Source of the DNA: Hormiphora californensis
Lineage: Eukaryota > Animalia > Ctenophora
Assembly (NCBI GenBank): GCA_020137815.1
Contig: CM035360.1
Location: 124,001-188,000 of the forward strand
Direction: 5' to 3'
Length of the DNA: 64,000 nucleotides
A program made the position numbers and the translations under genes. A model generated the notes under the pieces. The model was not told the DNA's origin. It saw only the letters and a list, made by a program, of their open reading frames with translations, and did not search any database. Every line of letters starts with the position of its first letter. The stretch's first letter is position 1. Of this stretch, positions 1-16,056 are shown piece by piece.

Positions 1-118
1 AATCAACCCCCCCCCCCCCCACAGGAGGATTACTATGCCCCCTGCATCTAATCATCCCCCCAGGAGGATTACTATGCCCCCTCCAATCACCCCCCCCCCC
101 CACAGGAGGATTACTATG
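1..118 (+). repeat. Triplicated 3' splice site + exon start (aatca(c)n cag|GAGGATTACTATG x3)
   Basis: Three copies at ~1-37, ~51-76 and ~85-118; only the last continues into the RRM frame. Confidence 0.75.
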
Positions 119-1760
119 GCGGTGGACGGGGAGGGTACGATGATGACATGGAACGACCCAGGTTATATGTTGGAAATCTCCAGGAAGACATTACAAAGGA
201 CCAGCTCAATGAGGTGTTCAAAGATTATGGGGATATTGTTGATATTTGGATTGCTAGAAATCCCCCTGGTGAGTAGATTAATAACTGATTTACTAATTGA
301 TTAGTTAATTAGTTAGGGTTAATTAGTCTAATAGTTAATTAGAGTTTAGCTAATACATAGTTGGTACACCAATATTAGTGATAACTCCCCCCCCCCCTCT
401 TCGTAGGATATGCGTTTGTGGAATTCTCTGAGCTGTATGATGCAAAACGGGCCATGAAGGAAATGGATGGTACCCACCACTACGACTCTACTTTTAAAAT
501 TCAGATAACACACAATTCCAAGGCCAAAAAGGACAGAATGAGCAGAGAGCGAGAAGGTGAGTCAATAATGCGACAGAATTTAGGCGACAGAATTTAGGCG
601 CCCTTGTGTATGCTCGATAGACTCCCGCTCGCTACTTGTTGAGTAATGGGTCAACAACTCGCTACTTGTTGAGTACTGGGTCTACCCCTTATTCAACAAC
701 TCGCTGCACATTGTCATTTCTCATGTCCGCTCAAACGCAGGACCAATGCGATCCCGCGGCGGTGGTGGAAGATCGAGAATTAGCAGGGGTCCCCCGCGAG
801 ATTACCCACCTTTACCACCACCCCCACCATCGCGGGTTAGGCCCGCAGCCCCCCGTGGAGCCCCTCCTTCTAAACGTGCCAGGTACAGCATGTTATTTAT
901 CATTTGTTACAGGCGCCAGTTTAAACGCGTGATTTACTAAATCTCACGCAGTAACGCGTTATTGACGTACTAAATATCACGCAGTAACGCGTTATTGACG
1001 TACTAAATCTCACGCAGTAACGCGTTATTGACGTACTAAATCTCACGCAGTAACGCGTGACCTCACGCACTAAATCTCACGCAGTAACGCGTTGTTAACG
1101 TACTAAATCTCACGCAGTAATGCGTTATTGACGTACTAAATCTCACGCAGTAACGCGTGACCTCACGTACTAGATCTCACGCAGTAACGCGTTAAATGTA
1201 ACGCGGTCCATTATATCCCCAGGGCGACAGTGAGGCGCGTTGTCGCAGCAGACCCGTACGGCGAGTATGAAGATCCCTACGCCGAAGATGACCAATACTA
1301 CGCCCCCGCCGCAGAACCATACTATGTCGCATATTATCCTGCGCCTGCCTCGCGCCGAGCCCGCAAGACCGCTGCCCCACCACCACCCCCCGCTGAATAC
1401 GAGTACGCTGATGCGGGGTACGCAGCCCCTGGTACAGCAGCTGCGACAGGGGAAGAGTATTATGAGTATTACGAGTATGAAGAAGAACCCGCCCCACCCC
1501 CACCACGCCGAGCTAGGGGTACACGAGGTGCCAGAGTGGCATACCGGGCCCGCCCCAAACCCGCAGCAGACCCATACTCTGACCCGTATGCGGAGACCGA
1601 CCAGTATTATGTTGATCCATACGGAGCACCGGGGACCGCTGCTGCCCCTGCCCCGCAGTACGAATATGCTGAGGAGGCACCCCCTCCCCCACCAGCCTCT
1701 AGAGCATACGCTCCAACAACTTTTGTAGCGCCAGCTCGACCTGCAGCTGTGTCCGAATAG
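106..1760 (+). CDS. SRSF3/SRSF7-like RRM RNA-binding protein with Tyr/Pro/Ala-rich C-terminus (5' exons outside window)
   Basis: Phase-consistent GT-AG exons 106-268, 407-556, 741-882 and 1223-1760. They translate to RLYVGNL (RNP2) ... IWIARNPP|GYAFVEF (RNP1, SRSF3/7 signature), then an RGG/Pro segment and a Tyr-rich tail. Confidence 0.85.
935..1193 (+). repeat. Intronic ~33-bp minisatellite (actaaatctcacgcagtaacgcgttattgacgt), ~8 copies
   Basis: Direct tandem repeats visible in SR-gene intron 883-1222. Confidence 0.9.
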
Positions 1761-2120
1761 CTCGTTGTCGTGGTTACTCTGGCGTGTGATTCACAGTGTG
1801 AAAGACACTTTGACAGTTTATTTTATCCAAATTATACTTGTATGTAGACCCGCTGTTCCGATCCGCAAAATATAAATTGTATCACTTGTAGCTCGAATAC
1901 AATATGTTGCAAATTCAATGACAACCACCCCCCCCCCCTTCAGTGATAAATAAAGTGTAACTTTTCAGTGAATCGCTGAAGACAATTTCGTTGGAAGTTC
2001 GTTCTTTACTGGATCAACTCGTAAAAGGAGGATTTGTTTTGTTCTGGATTTTGGTCGACATATTGATACCAAAGAGAATCCGATTGTTGGTAAGTTCACC
2101 TCACGTCTGTCTCACATGTA

Positions 2121-2515
2121 TGTCATGAAAAACCATGCATTCCGCGATTTTATTGATTTGGTTTTGTCTGTAGTTTTCAAACTAACCTCCTTCAGGGATA
2201 AGTGATAACTAAATAGTAAATGGAGGCACTGATTAATGTCCCACCCTACACCGACACGATCATGTTTTGTATATCCTGTATGTGGCAAAGTGAGGTACGT
2301 TCTTATTGCGAGATATTGTGTGAGATTATCCCCCCCCCTCGCCGTTGCGTGTCAGATTTAATGCACTTGATCGAGGACCAGTTCACACAATTTAAATCGC
2401 ACAATCGGGATAAACAAAACTAATCAGACCTCCCTTTTTCAGAATTTCTGGATATTGGATCTGGACCTTCGAAGGTCTTCATTATCACATTATTGCTGTA
2501 CATATTTGTTATCAT
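2121..2515 (+). repeat. ~400-bp dispersed direct repeat, copy 1 (copy 2 at 7694-8116)
   Basis: Shared blocks, e.g. gcactgattaatgtcccaccctacacc and aaacaaaactaatcagacctccc...ggatattggatctggaccttc...ggtcttcattatcacattattgct. Confidence 0.85.
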
Positions 2516-2609
2516 GGTTGTGCTCCACACGGTATCCAGTACATTAAGTGGAGGGATATTGCGACGGGAATACCCAAGGAGGAATGTTTGGATGAGATGG
2601 TGGAGGCTG

Positions 2610-3112
2610 GAGGAGGATTGTATTGCCAGGAAGATGGGCAGATTGATAGACTGTGCCACGAGGAGGATTGTATTGCCAGGAAGATGAGCAGATTGATAGA
2701 CTGTGCCACGAGGAGGATTGTATTGCCAGGAAGATGGGCAGATTGATAGACTGTGCCACGAGGAGGATTGTATTGCTAGGAAGATGGGCAGATTGATAGA
2801 CTGTGCCACGAGGAGGATTGTATTGCCAGGAAGATGGGCAGATTGATAGACTGTGCCACGAGGAGGATTGTATTGCCAGGAAGATGGGCAGATTGATAGA
2901 CTGTGCCACGAGGAGGATTGTATTGCCAGGAAGATGGGCAGATTGATAGACTGTGCCACGAGGAGGATTGTATTGCCAGGAAGATGGGCAGATTGATAGA
3001 CTGTGCCACGAGGAGGATTGTATTGCCAGGAAGATGGGCAGATTGATAGACTGTGCCACGAGGAGGATTGTATTGCCAGGAAGATGGGCAGATTGATGGA
3101 CTGCGCCACGAG
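2610..3112 (+). repeat. 50-bp tandem satellite, ~10 copies
   Basis: Unit gaggaggattgtattgccaggaagatgggcagattgatagactgtgccac recurs with period 50 (2611, 2661, 2711...). Confidence 0.95.
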
Positions 3113-3632
3113 GGACACAGTGGACAAGTTGTTCGATTTATCTGACTAGAGACTGGGGCGATCGTACTTCATTGCCTGTTCCCGTGCTCTCTCTCTCTAA
3201 TCTCTCCCTCATTCTACCTTTTTTCACCTCCACGCGGCTATTTCTATCTCTTTCTGTCGGTATGTCACTGTAGCTGTACATGTGCACTGGATTCTCTCTC
3301 TCCCTCACTGTTTCCCTTTCTCTTCCTTGGGTTGGTTGGTTGGTGAGAGCGGCTGGTACAGTTTGGAGCCTTTGTTATGGGCTCACAGTTGACCATGAGA
3401 GGCTTCCCGGGAAGGGGGTTTGCTGGGGGGTTTAGTTAGTGCACATGAGTGACTGGGGCTGAAGAACTTGATTACCACCGGGATGTCGAGTTGCCGTGAG
3501 GCGTCTCGGCGTGTTCAGATGCCTATAACATATATTATATAATGTAATGTGATGCTTTAATCACACGCTAATATATAAATTGAAGTGTATTTGTTTACTG
3601 ACTAGATCAATTTGAATAACATTCCTTCTTTG

Positions 3633-3758
3633 ATGACTGACATTATGACTTACATTATGACTGACATTATGACTGACATTATGACTGACATTATGACTGA
3701 CATTATGACTGACATTACGACTGACATTATGACTGACATTATGACTGACATTACGACT
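3633..3758 (+). repeat. 12-bp tandem repeat (atgactgacatt)n
   Basis: About 10 direct copies. Confidence 0.9.
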
Positions 3759-3805
3759 GTTGTATGTCAGTTTCATCTACATTCACTAACACATTATCAA
3801 TCAGA

Positions 3806-7637
<3,832 letters not shown>

Positions 7638-7693
7638 TCTAAACTCAGGTACATCGAGTATATTAGTTGGAAATACGCCGTGTAATACATGAT

Positions 7694-8116
7694 TGTCATG
7701 AAATATCATTCTGCGATTTGGTTTTGTCTGTACTTTTCAAATAAGTTTCCTTCAGGGATAACTAAATAGATGCACTGATTAATGTCCCACCCTACACCCG
7801 GTAGTAACTAGAACACGATCCTGTTTTGTATGCCTCCTGTATGTGGCCAAGTGAGGTACGTTATTATTGCGAGATATCGTGTGAGATTATGACTGGGTGC
7901 CCCAGTGCCCCCCACCGTTGTCAGATGTAATAATGTGAAACTGACCTGGTGCACCACTTGATCGAGGACCGGTTCAACCAATTTAAATCACACAATCGAG
8001 ATATAAACAAAACTAATCAGACCTCCCTTTTTCAGAATCTTGAAAACTCTGGATATTGGATCTGGACCTTCCAAGGTCTTCATTATCACATTATTGCTTT
8101 ACATATCTGTTATCAT
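7694..8116 (+). repeat. ~420-bp dispersed direct repeat, copy 2 (copy 1 at 2121-2515)
   Basis: Colinear similarity to 2121-2515 with indels. Confidence 0.85.
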
Positions 8117-8456
8117 AATTGCTATCATACTTGTGTTACAAATTCTGAAATGGTCCAGATCAAAAGCAATTCGGATGGTGATGTTTCGAATGACAATGTT
8201 TTGATGATGATCAGCTTTTTTACTTGGAGTTGGACTGACGTGTTAATTGATTGCTGAAAACGAACTTGTACAATGTTCCGTTGAATTGGAATTATTCGTG
8301 TTTATTAATTTCAAACAATGTCTCTAACTTGTTACTTTAAAATGGCGGATAGTAGTAGCCGACGCCAGTTTTCTCTCAATACGCCGCAATAATACGCCGC
8401 GCGCATTCTTAAAGCTAACGCACACGTTTTTTTTCGTTTTTAAATTTTTGCGCGAG

Positions 8457-8553
8457 TGACGTTTTTTCAAAATCGAAATTTTACGGTCCGTGAACCGGAG
8501 CTCCTGAAATTCAGGGGCTCCGATTCACCGTAAAATTTCGATTGAAAACGTCA
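8457..8553. repeat. ~97-bp imperfect palindrome
   Basis: tgacgtttt..tcgaaattttacggt..gaaccggagctcctgaa | ttcaggggctccgattcaccgtaaaatttcga..aaaacgtca. Confidence 0.75.
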
Positions 8554-9202
8554 AACGCCCCATCAAATTTTAAAATTTATCCGATGTTCTGCAGACTTTT
8601 TTGGGTATGCCACTTGATAAAATAAACACAACTGTGAAGGGGGGTCCCCCCCTCCGGGGGCTCCGCCTCTGGCCCTACTCGCGAAGGTTTCACACGCGTT
8701 GCACTTTGCAGAGTTAGTACAGAGTGCAGACAACCGCGTGACAACCGCTGACAACTGACAGTTACTGGCCCATTGGCCATTGACCGGCTGACCGCCAACA
8801 GGCACCTTTAATTATCAGTTTGGTTGTATAACGGACACGAACGCTTTCAGAAAATTTGAAATAGGTACAAACATTTTCACCGTCACACGACACACTTTCA
8901 AAACTCAGCTGCAACGGGTCGGGAAGACGTATTTGCATTTTGCCCATCACTAAAAGAGACACGTGCATCTGTCTGAGTAGACCCAGGATACCCTGTTACT
9001 AATAACATCTCTCACAGCATAGAATCAAACCATATGGACGCCGTCATGTAGGACTTTACCAACATTAAAAGGTGAGGTTTTACAAGGTTTACAAAACTCT
9101 TAAACAGTTTTAATGAGACTGCAGTGTCATATTTCAATACAAGATACCAACAACTACATGATTTTATTTTTCAGCTATTCCGTTGAATATCCCAAACTAA
9201 AT

Positions 9203-12200
9203 ATGAAGACACCATCCCCAACTAAATTGACAATGGCCATGTCGCCAAGGACATCACCAACACGCCAAGTTTCCCCTGCATCTCCCGGCCCAGCAGATCA
9301 CTCGGTATGTGAACTGTTCCCTGTTGATATATAACGTGATACTTCTCCACTAACTGTCAGAAACACTGTGTGTCTAGGGGGACATTATTTGCCCCAGACT
9401 GTTCCCAAATGAAATTTGTCAACTTCTTTCAGCTATCTCATCTTCTACATGTATCCACCTCAGTTGGCGATTATGGGACACTCAATGATATCTCGAGTGG
9501 GGGATCCCGAGAGTGAAATGAATGGAATCAATCTGGACCTCCGACTCATCACTGGGAGAATGGCCCAGACCCTTCACTCATATGAGGGGCGTGCCAACAG
9601 TCTTGCAAGGGATAATGTTAAGGAAGTTGAGAGTCACCTTGATGAGATTGATAATCCTATCCTGAAAGTTCAAATTAAAACTGTATTGGAAGATTATAAG
9701 GTGAGGAAAACATCAGCTTTTACAGCTAGAATTTGTAAAACTGCTAACATTGATTTCCCCCGTTCTAGAGAGTGTCTCAGGAACGAGAGGACATCTTGTA
9801 TACACTGGAGAAGTGGTTCGGGAACTGTGCAGATGAGTTCTTGGACGAGTTGGAAGAATTTGAGACACAGTTTGAGGGAGAGGAGACCCTGTCTGATAAT
9901 ATCAATCAGGCTAAAGACATCATCGCCAAGATAAAATTTATCAACGGGAAAATAGTTGAATTTCAGAGCAATGGGATGTCCACGCAGAAGCTGATCGCTC
10001 AGAAGAAAACTCTTGAGGACGAGTTGATGAAGAAGAAAGTTTTAGTTGATAATGCCCAAAACGGTTCTGATCATTATGTGCTGTTTAAGCAGAGGGTTGA
10101 TCATCTGGTTTGCATGATCAAAGATTGTTCTGCATCTGATATTGACAAAGCATTATTGGATATGAAACTGACTGAAGCTACCGAGCAGGTTATTAACAAA
10201 CTTGTGGAACTGGAGAGGACTTCTCGTCGAGTGGGGGTGCTGTTTAAAAACGTCAAGGAGTTAGAGTATACCAACTCTCAGTTGGCAGATGACAATAGTT
10301 TCCTGAAACAGAGACTCTCAATGGTGGACAAACACTTCAAGGAAGCTATGAACAAGAAAGTTAGGAAACTTGATGCCTCCCTCGACGAGCTGGGAGATGT
10401 GAAGTACTTGAAAACGAAAGGTCGAGGCTCAACCACTGACGATATAAATAGGAGAGTACTGAAAAACTCTGGTATGTCCATGGAGATGGAGATGATAGAA
10501 AACTATCAAGATCAAATATCGTGTCTTGATAGGGAGAATAGAGAGCTCATCACCAAGACAGAGGCTATGGAGGAAGAATGTGAGGAATTGAAAGAGGAAG
10601 TGAAAACTCTCTCCTCTAAACTTACCAAGGCCATGAGTGATGAAAAGAAACGCCGGGCAAGTGAGATCGCCATAGATCACCCACTTGTAAAACTGGATGA
10701 TAGATCAGTCACGGAATTCGAGATCCCACTGTCAGTTTCCTCAACTTCCAGCAGTGGAACTGGAGGAAGCCATGAGCGGCAGAGGCGCGGTACCTTGACC
10801 ATGTCTGAGAGAAGAAAACAATCAGTTGTGTCTACGATTACAATCCAAGATGGAAAGGAGTTGGAGGCTCTGAGGATGGATAACGATTTCTACAAAGTTC
10901 AAAACCAAAAACTGAAACGATCTCTCAACTCAGCTCGACGGAAAAATGTAAAACCGAAACGTGTTACACGATCCACCCAGGCCATTCTCGTTGTTGGCTT
11001 AGATGGAGATCAGACATTCGTCTCGAACAGTGCTACTCCTCAACCAGAATCTCTGGAAATGGATGATGAATCTGAGTACAGCTCTGGGGAAGATGACGAA
11101 CCTCCTTCCAGGATGCCAGGAGACAAACCTCCGACTACCCCCTAAGAAGAGTAAGAAGAAGAGGACTAAGAAGAAACTGGGAGGGTCCCCTGTTAGTGAG
11201 GGAGATCGTATATCTGAGGAGGAGGAATCAAGTTCTGAAGAAGAAGTAGAAGAAGAAGAAGAACAGCTGTCTTTTGAGGAGGAGCAGAAACGGAAACAAC
11301 AGAGAGCTGATTCAATGGTCGCTGATTTGAAGTCTTATGTGAACAAACAAGAGAAAGAAAAGAGGAAGGGAGAACGAAAGAAGAGGAGGCAGGAAAGGGC
11401 TGAAAGTAAGTCGGGTAGTGTCATCAAAGAGACATCAGAAGTAGCGGAACCGAGTAGCAGTTCAGCAGAGGAAATGGAGATAGAGAATGAACAATCTATG
11501 GAGCCCATGAAAAATGCCAATGAGACGAAAAAGAAGAAAAGGAGGTCAAAGTCAATCATCAAAAAGCAAAATACCCCCAAAAAGGGTGCTAAACAGAAGC
11601 AGATGGTAACTTTCCAGGAGCCCATGGAGATCGTAGAGGAGGAGTGCCCTACATTTGAAAGGGTGAGTGATATACTTTTATTAAGTTTGATTGGACGTCT
11701 CTTTGTGGGTTTTTGTTCATGATTTATTAGAAAACTCTCGTCTTGAATACGTCCCATTCCCGTAGTTACCGACGCCCAAGCTTCAAGACGAGGAGAGTGC
11801 TGTTGAAAATCTAATCAAAATCAAGGAGGAGCTCCAGGACTTTCTATCGTATGGTCAAAAATTCATTTCATCCATTCACGATTGCATCACGGTATTACCC
11901 ACTAACAACACTAATCACTCACTGTCACTCACACACTTTCACAATATCAAGAACATCTCAAAACCATTCATGCTGATTATAATCGGACGAATTGCAATTT
12001 TCCTTTTTCACAGGATACTGCTGATGACGATTTGGTGTTGAAAATGGACAACTATTCAGACCTCAAGCAAAAGGTTCTTTCTCTCTGCTCTCAAATTCAG
12101 ACATATATTATCTTTGTCCTTGCCCTTTATATCTCGATTTCCAACCTCTCTTTCTGTACAGATTTCGAGCATGGAAGAGTCCCTCAACATCTTACTGTAT

Positions 12201-12804
12201 GGAGTTGATCTGGGCATCAGTCTGGGTGGCACTGGAGCCAACCGACCCAACCACTCTCCCCTTCCATTTGAGAACAAGCTGTACTTCCAAGAGAATCTTT
12301 CCAAGTACCTGAGGGAGAAATACCCGACACTCAACGTCAGTGCGATCAAGGTAAACCTATTGGGTGTTGACTGTTGAGTAAGGTGCGGGTGCGGGTGGGT
12401 TGTCATACACTGACTGTACACCGCACAACCTCACGAGGCCGCTACGCCTTCGGCCCGGTGCGAAGAGGAGGGTCTTATATGAGACAACGGGTGGGGTAAC
12501 AAATTTAAAAAGGTGTGACAGTTGAGCATAAATCGGGAAATAAAAGTACCCTCTATCATTATAACTGCGTGTTTTACAATTACTCTCCCTTCCAGATATT
12601 TGATCCTGAGATGGACCCAATTAAGAATCATCACGACCCCATCCATGCACCCTCCTCCCCTACATTTAAACCCTACGCCGGGTACCGATCCAGTTCTAGT
12701 CAGGGTAACTCACTCAATCTAGTGATGCCCCTCACTACAACTCCGGAGCCCAAACCGAGAATGAGGAAAATTCCAAATAGGATCAACAAAAGAAAACATC
12801 TTAG
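9203..12804 (+). CDS. Large coiled-coil protein with Lys/Glu-rich disordered region (unknown family; probably continues 3')
   Basis: Exons ~9203-9304, 9464-9700, 9769-11662 (one frameshift near the C-run at ~11140), 11767-11891, ~12014, 12161-12350 and 12596-12804, with GT-AG ends. Heptad-rich 457-aa ORF. Confidence 0.7.
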
Positions 12805-13317
12805 GTAATTTATACTTGACTAGAAAGCCCATTGTTAAGTCCTACAAAAGCCCCCCCCCCCCCCCCCAACCCGTCTCTATGCCCCCCCTTTCAATCTTCG
12901 TCTCTCCATGTCGGGGTAAAGAATACGGAGGTTGGTAGTGGTAGAGCGCTGGTGATAAACATCATGGGAAATGGAAATCCCGCTGAATAACATGTAGAAT
13001 CAGGTGATAAAGATCCGTAGAATTGTAGCTGTGTAGAGAATCAACGGGGTACGTAGGTAGAAAGGCTTTGGCAATCATGGCGGCCCCAGCAGTAGATCCC
13101 AAAACACCCCTACTGACTCCCCCATCCCTATCGAATCCTCTCAATATCTACTGACTGCTCTCGCCCCACATTATTGAATACTCATTCCTCAACACCCTCC
13201 TTCCCCCCGCCCCCGCTATGTTGACCAACTCACCCCATAACCCCCTTACAGTCAGTTGGAGTCCTATAACACCCCCCCCCCCGTCTCCATGTCTCTCTCC
13301 TCCTCCTCTCTCTCTCA

Positions 13318-13368
<51 letters not shown>

Positions 13369-13379
13369 CTCGTCTCTCC

Positions 13380-13417
<38 letters not shown>

Positions 13418-14188
13418 CCCCTCTTTCTCTCTATCGTCGTCTTCATATCGGGCTGGTGAATTTATGGAAGCTGGTACAGGGAAGTCTTTAGAGTTATACT
13501 GCTGAAGAACATACCGAATCAGGTGATAAAGATCCGTAGAACTGGAGCTGTGTAGAGTTATTAAAGGGGATACGAATTGGTAGAAAGGCTTTGGCATTCA
13601 TCGGGGCCGCAGCAGTAGATGGCCAAACACCACAAAACACCACAGAAACACGCAATACAACACCCAACAACATGCACGTGCAGTATTAACACTCTTGCCC
13701 ACCATCATGGCAACTCCCCAAACCCCCCACCAAACACCCCTAACAACACGTCAATTTTCCACGTGCAAGCCCTAAAACCCCCTCCCCCAAATTTTGTCTT
13801 GCAAGGTTCTCTGCTTTATAATATAGATAAAGTGGGAGATCTACTGATTTGATGAGTAGGAATTAGTATTAGTTCGAAGTGTCTAACAATCCCCAGCTTT
13901 GAATTAGTCCCCCCCCCCCAGGAAGCAAGATGATATGGGCAGGATTGAGCAAATAATGGAAATTCTGACTGCATCCAGGGGTAAATCAGGACAGAAAGAA
14001 GAGGCACCCGCATTAGATGAGCGGTCCTTTGCTGATATTGTCGATCATGTCATGCCAAAAGAGGTATAGATTGGGAGAGATGTTTATACCAGTAGTTCAT
14101 ACAATTATTACAACCTCTTTCCTTGTTGGCCCCACCTCACGGACCAGGCTGTAATACCACACACTCTGCTCGAGTTACTCGATAGCTC

Positions 14189-14219
<31 letters not shown>

Positions 14220-14285
14220 TTCTCCCAGGTGGCGATACAGTACATGAAGCTAATCCAGCCGACCCAGGACACCCTCCCTCTCTCT

Positions 14286-14352
<67 letters not shown>

Positions 14353-16056
14353 TCTCTCTCTCTCCTTCAGTTATCACATCACATTTGGTCAGAGCTCCCT
14401 TATCTCTGTTGTGCTTGTGAATCTCTCTAATAGTAAGATATCAAACTCTCCCTGACTGCCGATCGACTATGCTGGGGTCTTTGCTTCAGCACGCCTCGGG
14501 GAACACTGTCGTTTTAAATGCCCTAAATTGTTACGACCCGGAAAGCGGATTCAAGAAAAATGTGTGTTTGAGAACAACTGTCTTCTAATATATCCCTAGA
14601 ATTAGGACGCATATAATGCATACGAGAAAAGAAGAGGGAGAGGGGAGAGAGACACCGAGAGAGACAGGGAGGGTGAGAGACAGGGAGGGGAGAGAGACAG
14701 GGACGTGGAGAGGCGGCTCAGTGATGGTCGCCGCAATTGAGCTTCCATATTTACAAAGAACACACCATAATTTATGACTTTCTAATCTGTAGAAATGATA
14801 GCTCCATCCCGCTGTTCACCTCGCCTTGTCCTCACCGCGAGGAGTTGTCAAAGTAAGCAGTAACGAGACAGTAATGGGACTTGTTTTCCATTCACTTTGA
14901 AAAACCCCCGAAGAGTCCGGCAAATCGAGGTAAATTTTCCGAATAGGTGGTACATGGCCCGATGGAACACTCATTTATATGGAAGCGGGAATCTACAAAA
15001 GGGTACCAAGTGCAAGCGGGCCAGCAGCTGCTACGAAAGATATGAGTGATGGGGCAGTTCCGAGTTCAGCACAATGGGTGTCAGACAAGCGCTCCGTAGA
15101 AAGGGTGCCAGGACAGGACATGTTGCCTTTTTCGACCCTCCCTCCCTAAAGGTTTGAACAAAACAAAGGACATGTGCCATACAGGAGACTCATCACAGCA
15201 TTAGACTTGAAAAGGACAGCGATCAAACTTCAAAATGGGGCTCCGCTAAACAGCCTGTTAATGGCAGCTGACTGTCCTATCTTGCTGTGGTGAGTGGTGT
15301 CTGGTGAGTCTCTTGACTCATTGAGGTTTTTACGTGTCGCTATGATTTCAATTTTTAAGGGGCAGCTGAGTTGGGATCGAGCTCAGAGAGGGCATTTTTG
15401 ATGTCTTCAGAAGAAAAGGTGAAGTTTTCCAAGACGGGTGCATCAACATTTAGTCATCTCTTCCGGGGTCACTAAAAAAGCTAACAGAGTAGGCATACGC
15501 TGCAGGGTCCGCTCGTGAGAGGGCTGCAACGCGTTCCAAGTTACAGAACTGTGGACTCGAACTGATATTTTGGAAGTTGAAAATGAGATTTTACTTTGGA
15601 AATTTTAAACAAAATAAAATGTTTCATCTGAAGAGTAAGGTGCCGCGCACTTTTTTGTGCCGTAGCGCATGGCAGTGAAAGCGTACATTTTTCGCGCGGG
15701 TCGTTCAAAATATATCCAACATACCACTTCTACCGGAACAGTTAAACTTAAAGAAACAAATCGATTTTGAGATTAAAATATGAAAGTGTAACTCTGATCT
15801 TATACATCACATGCCCTCCTGAAGCGAAACACTAATCCTACTACGATTCTATATCTAACTCATGATCACTACAAAAACAAAGCAACAAGTTGGACTTGAA
15901 GTGCATCTACAAGATAGAACATCTAACCATTTGCAACTCACTCTCAGTGTAATTTCAGATCAATACCACCTGCATCTCGCTCTTAGTCTCACTCAGTGAG
16001 TCTCACTGAGAGTCTCACAACACTCTCAAAGTCAATCAATAGTCCTGCTGCACACT

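Noticed and set aside
2610-3112. CRISPR-like array (also 38524-41410, 46792-48386)
   Set aside because: Units are head-to-tail with no unique spacers; no cas genes; eukaryotic context.
12990-13625. Diverged ~110-bp direct duplication (12998-13098 vs 13517-13620)
   Set aside because: Lies in error-rich sequence; probably a redundant noisy read of one exon.
15358-15446. Minus-strand peptide DAPVLENFTFSSEDIKNALSELDPNSAAP resembling a LINE ORF2 pre-RT segment
   Set aside because: Too short, with no flanking RT motifs.
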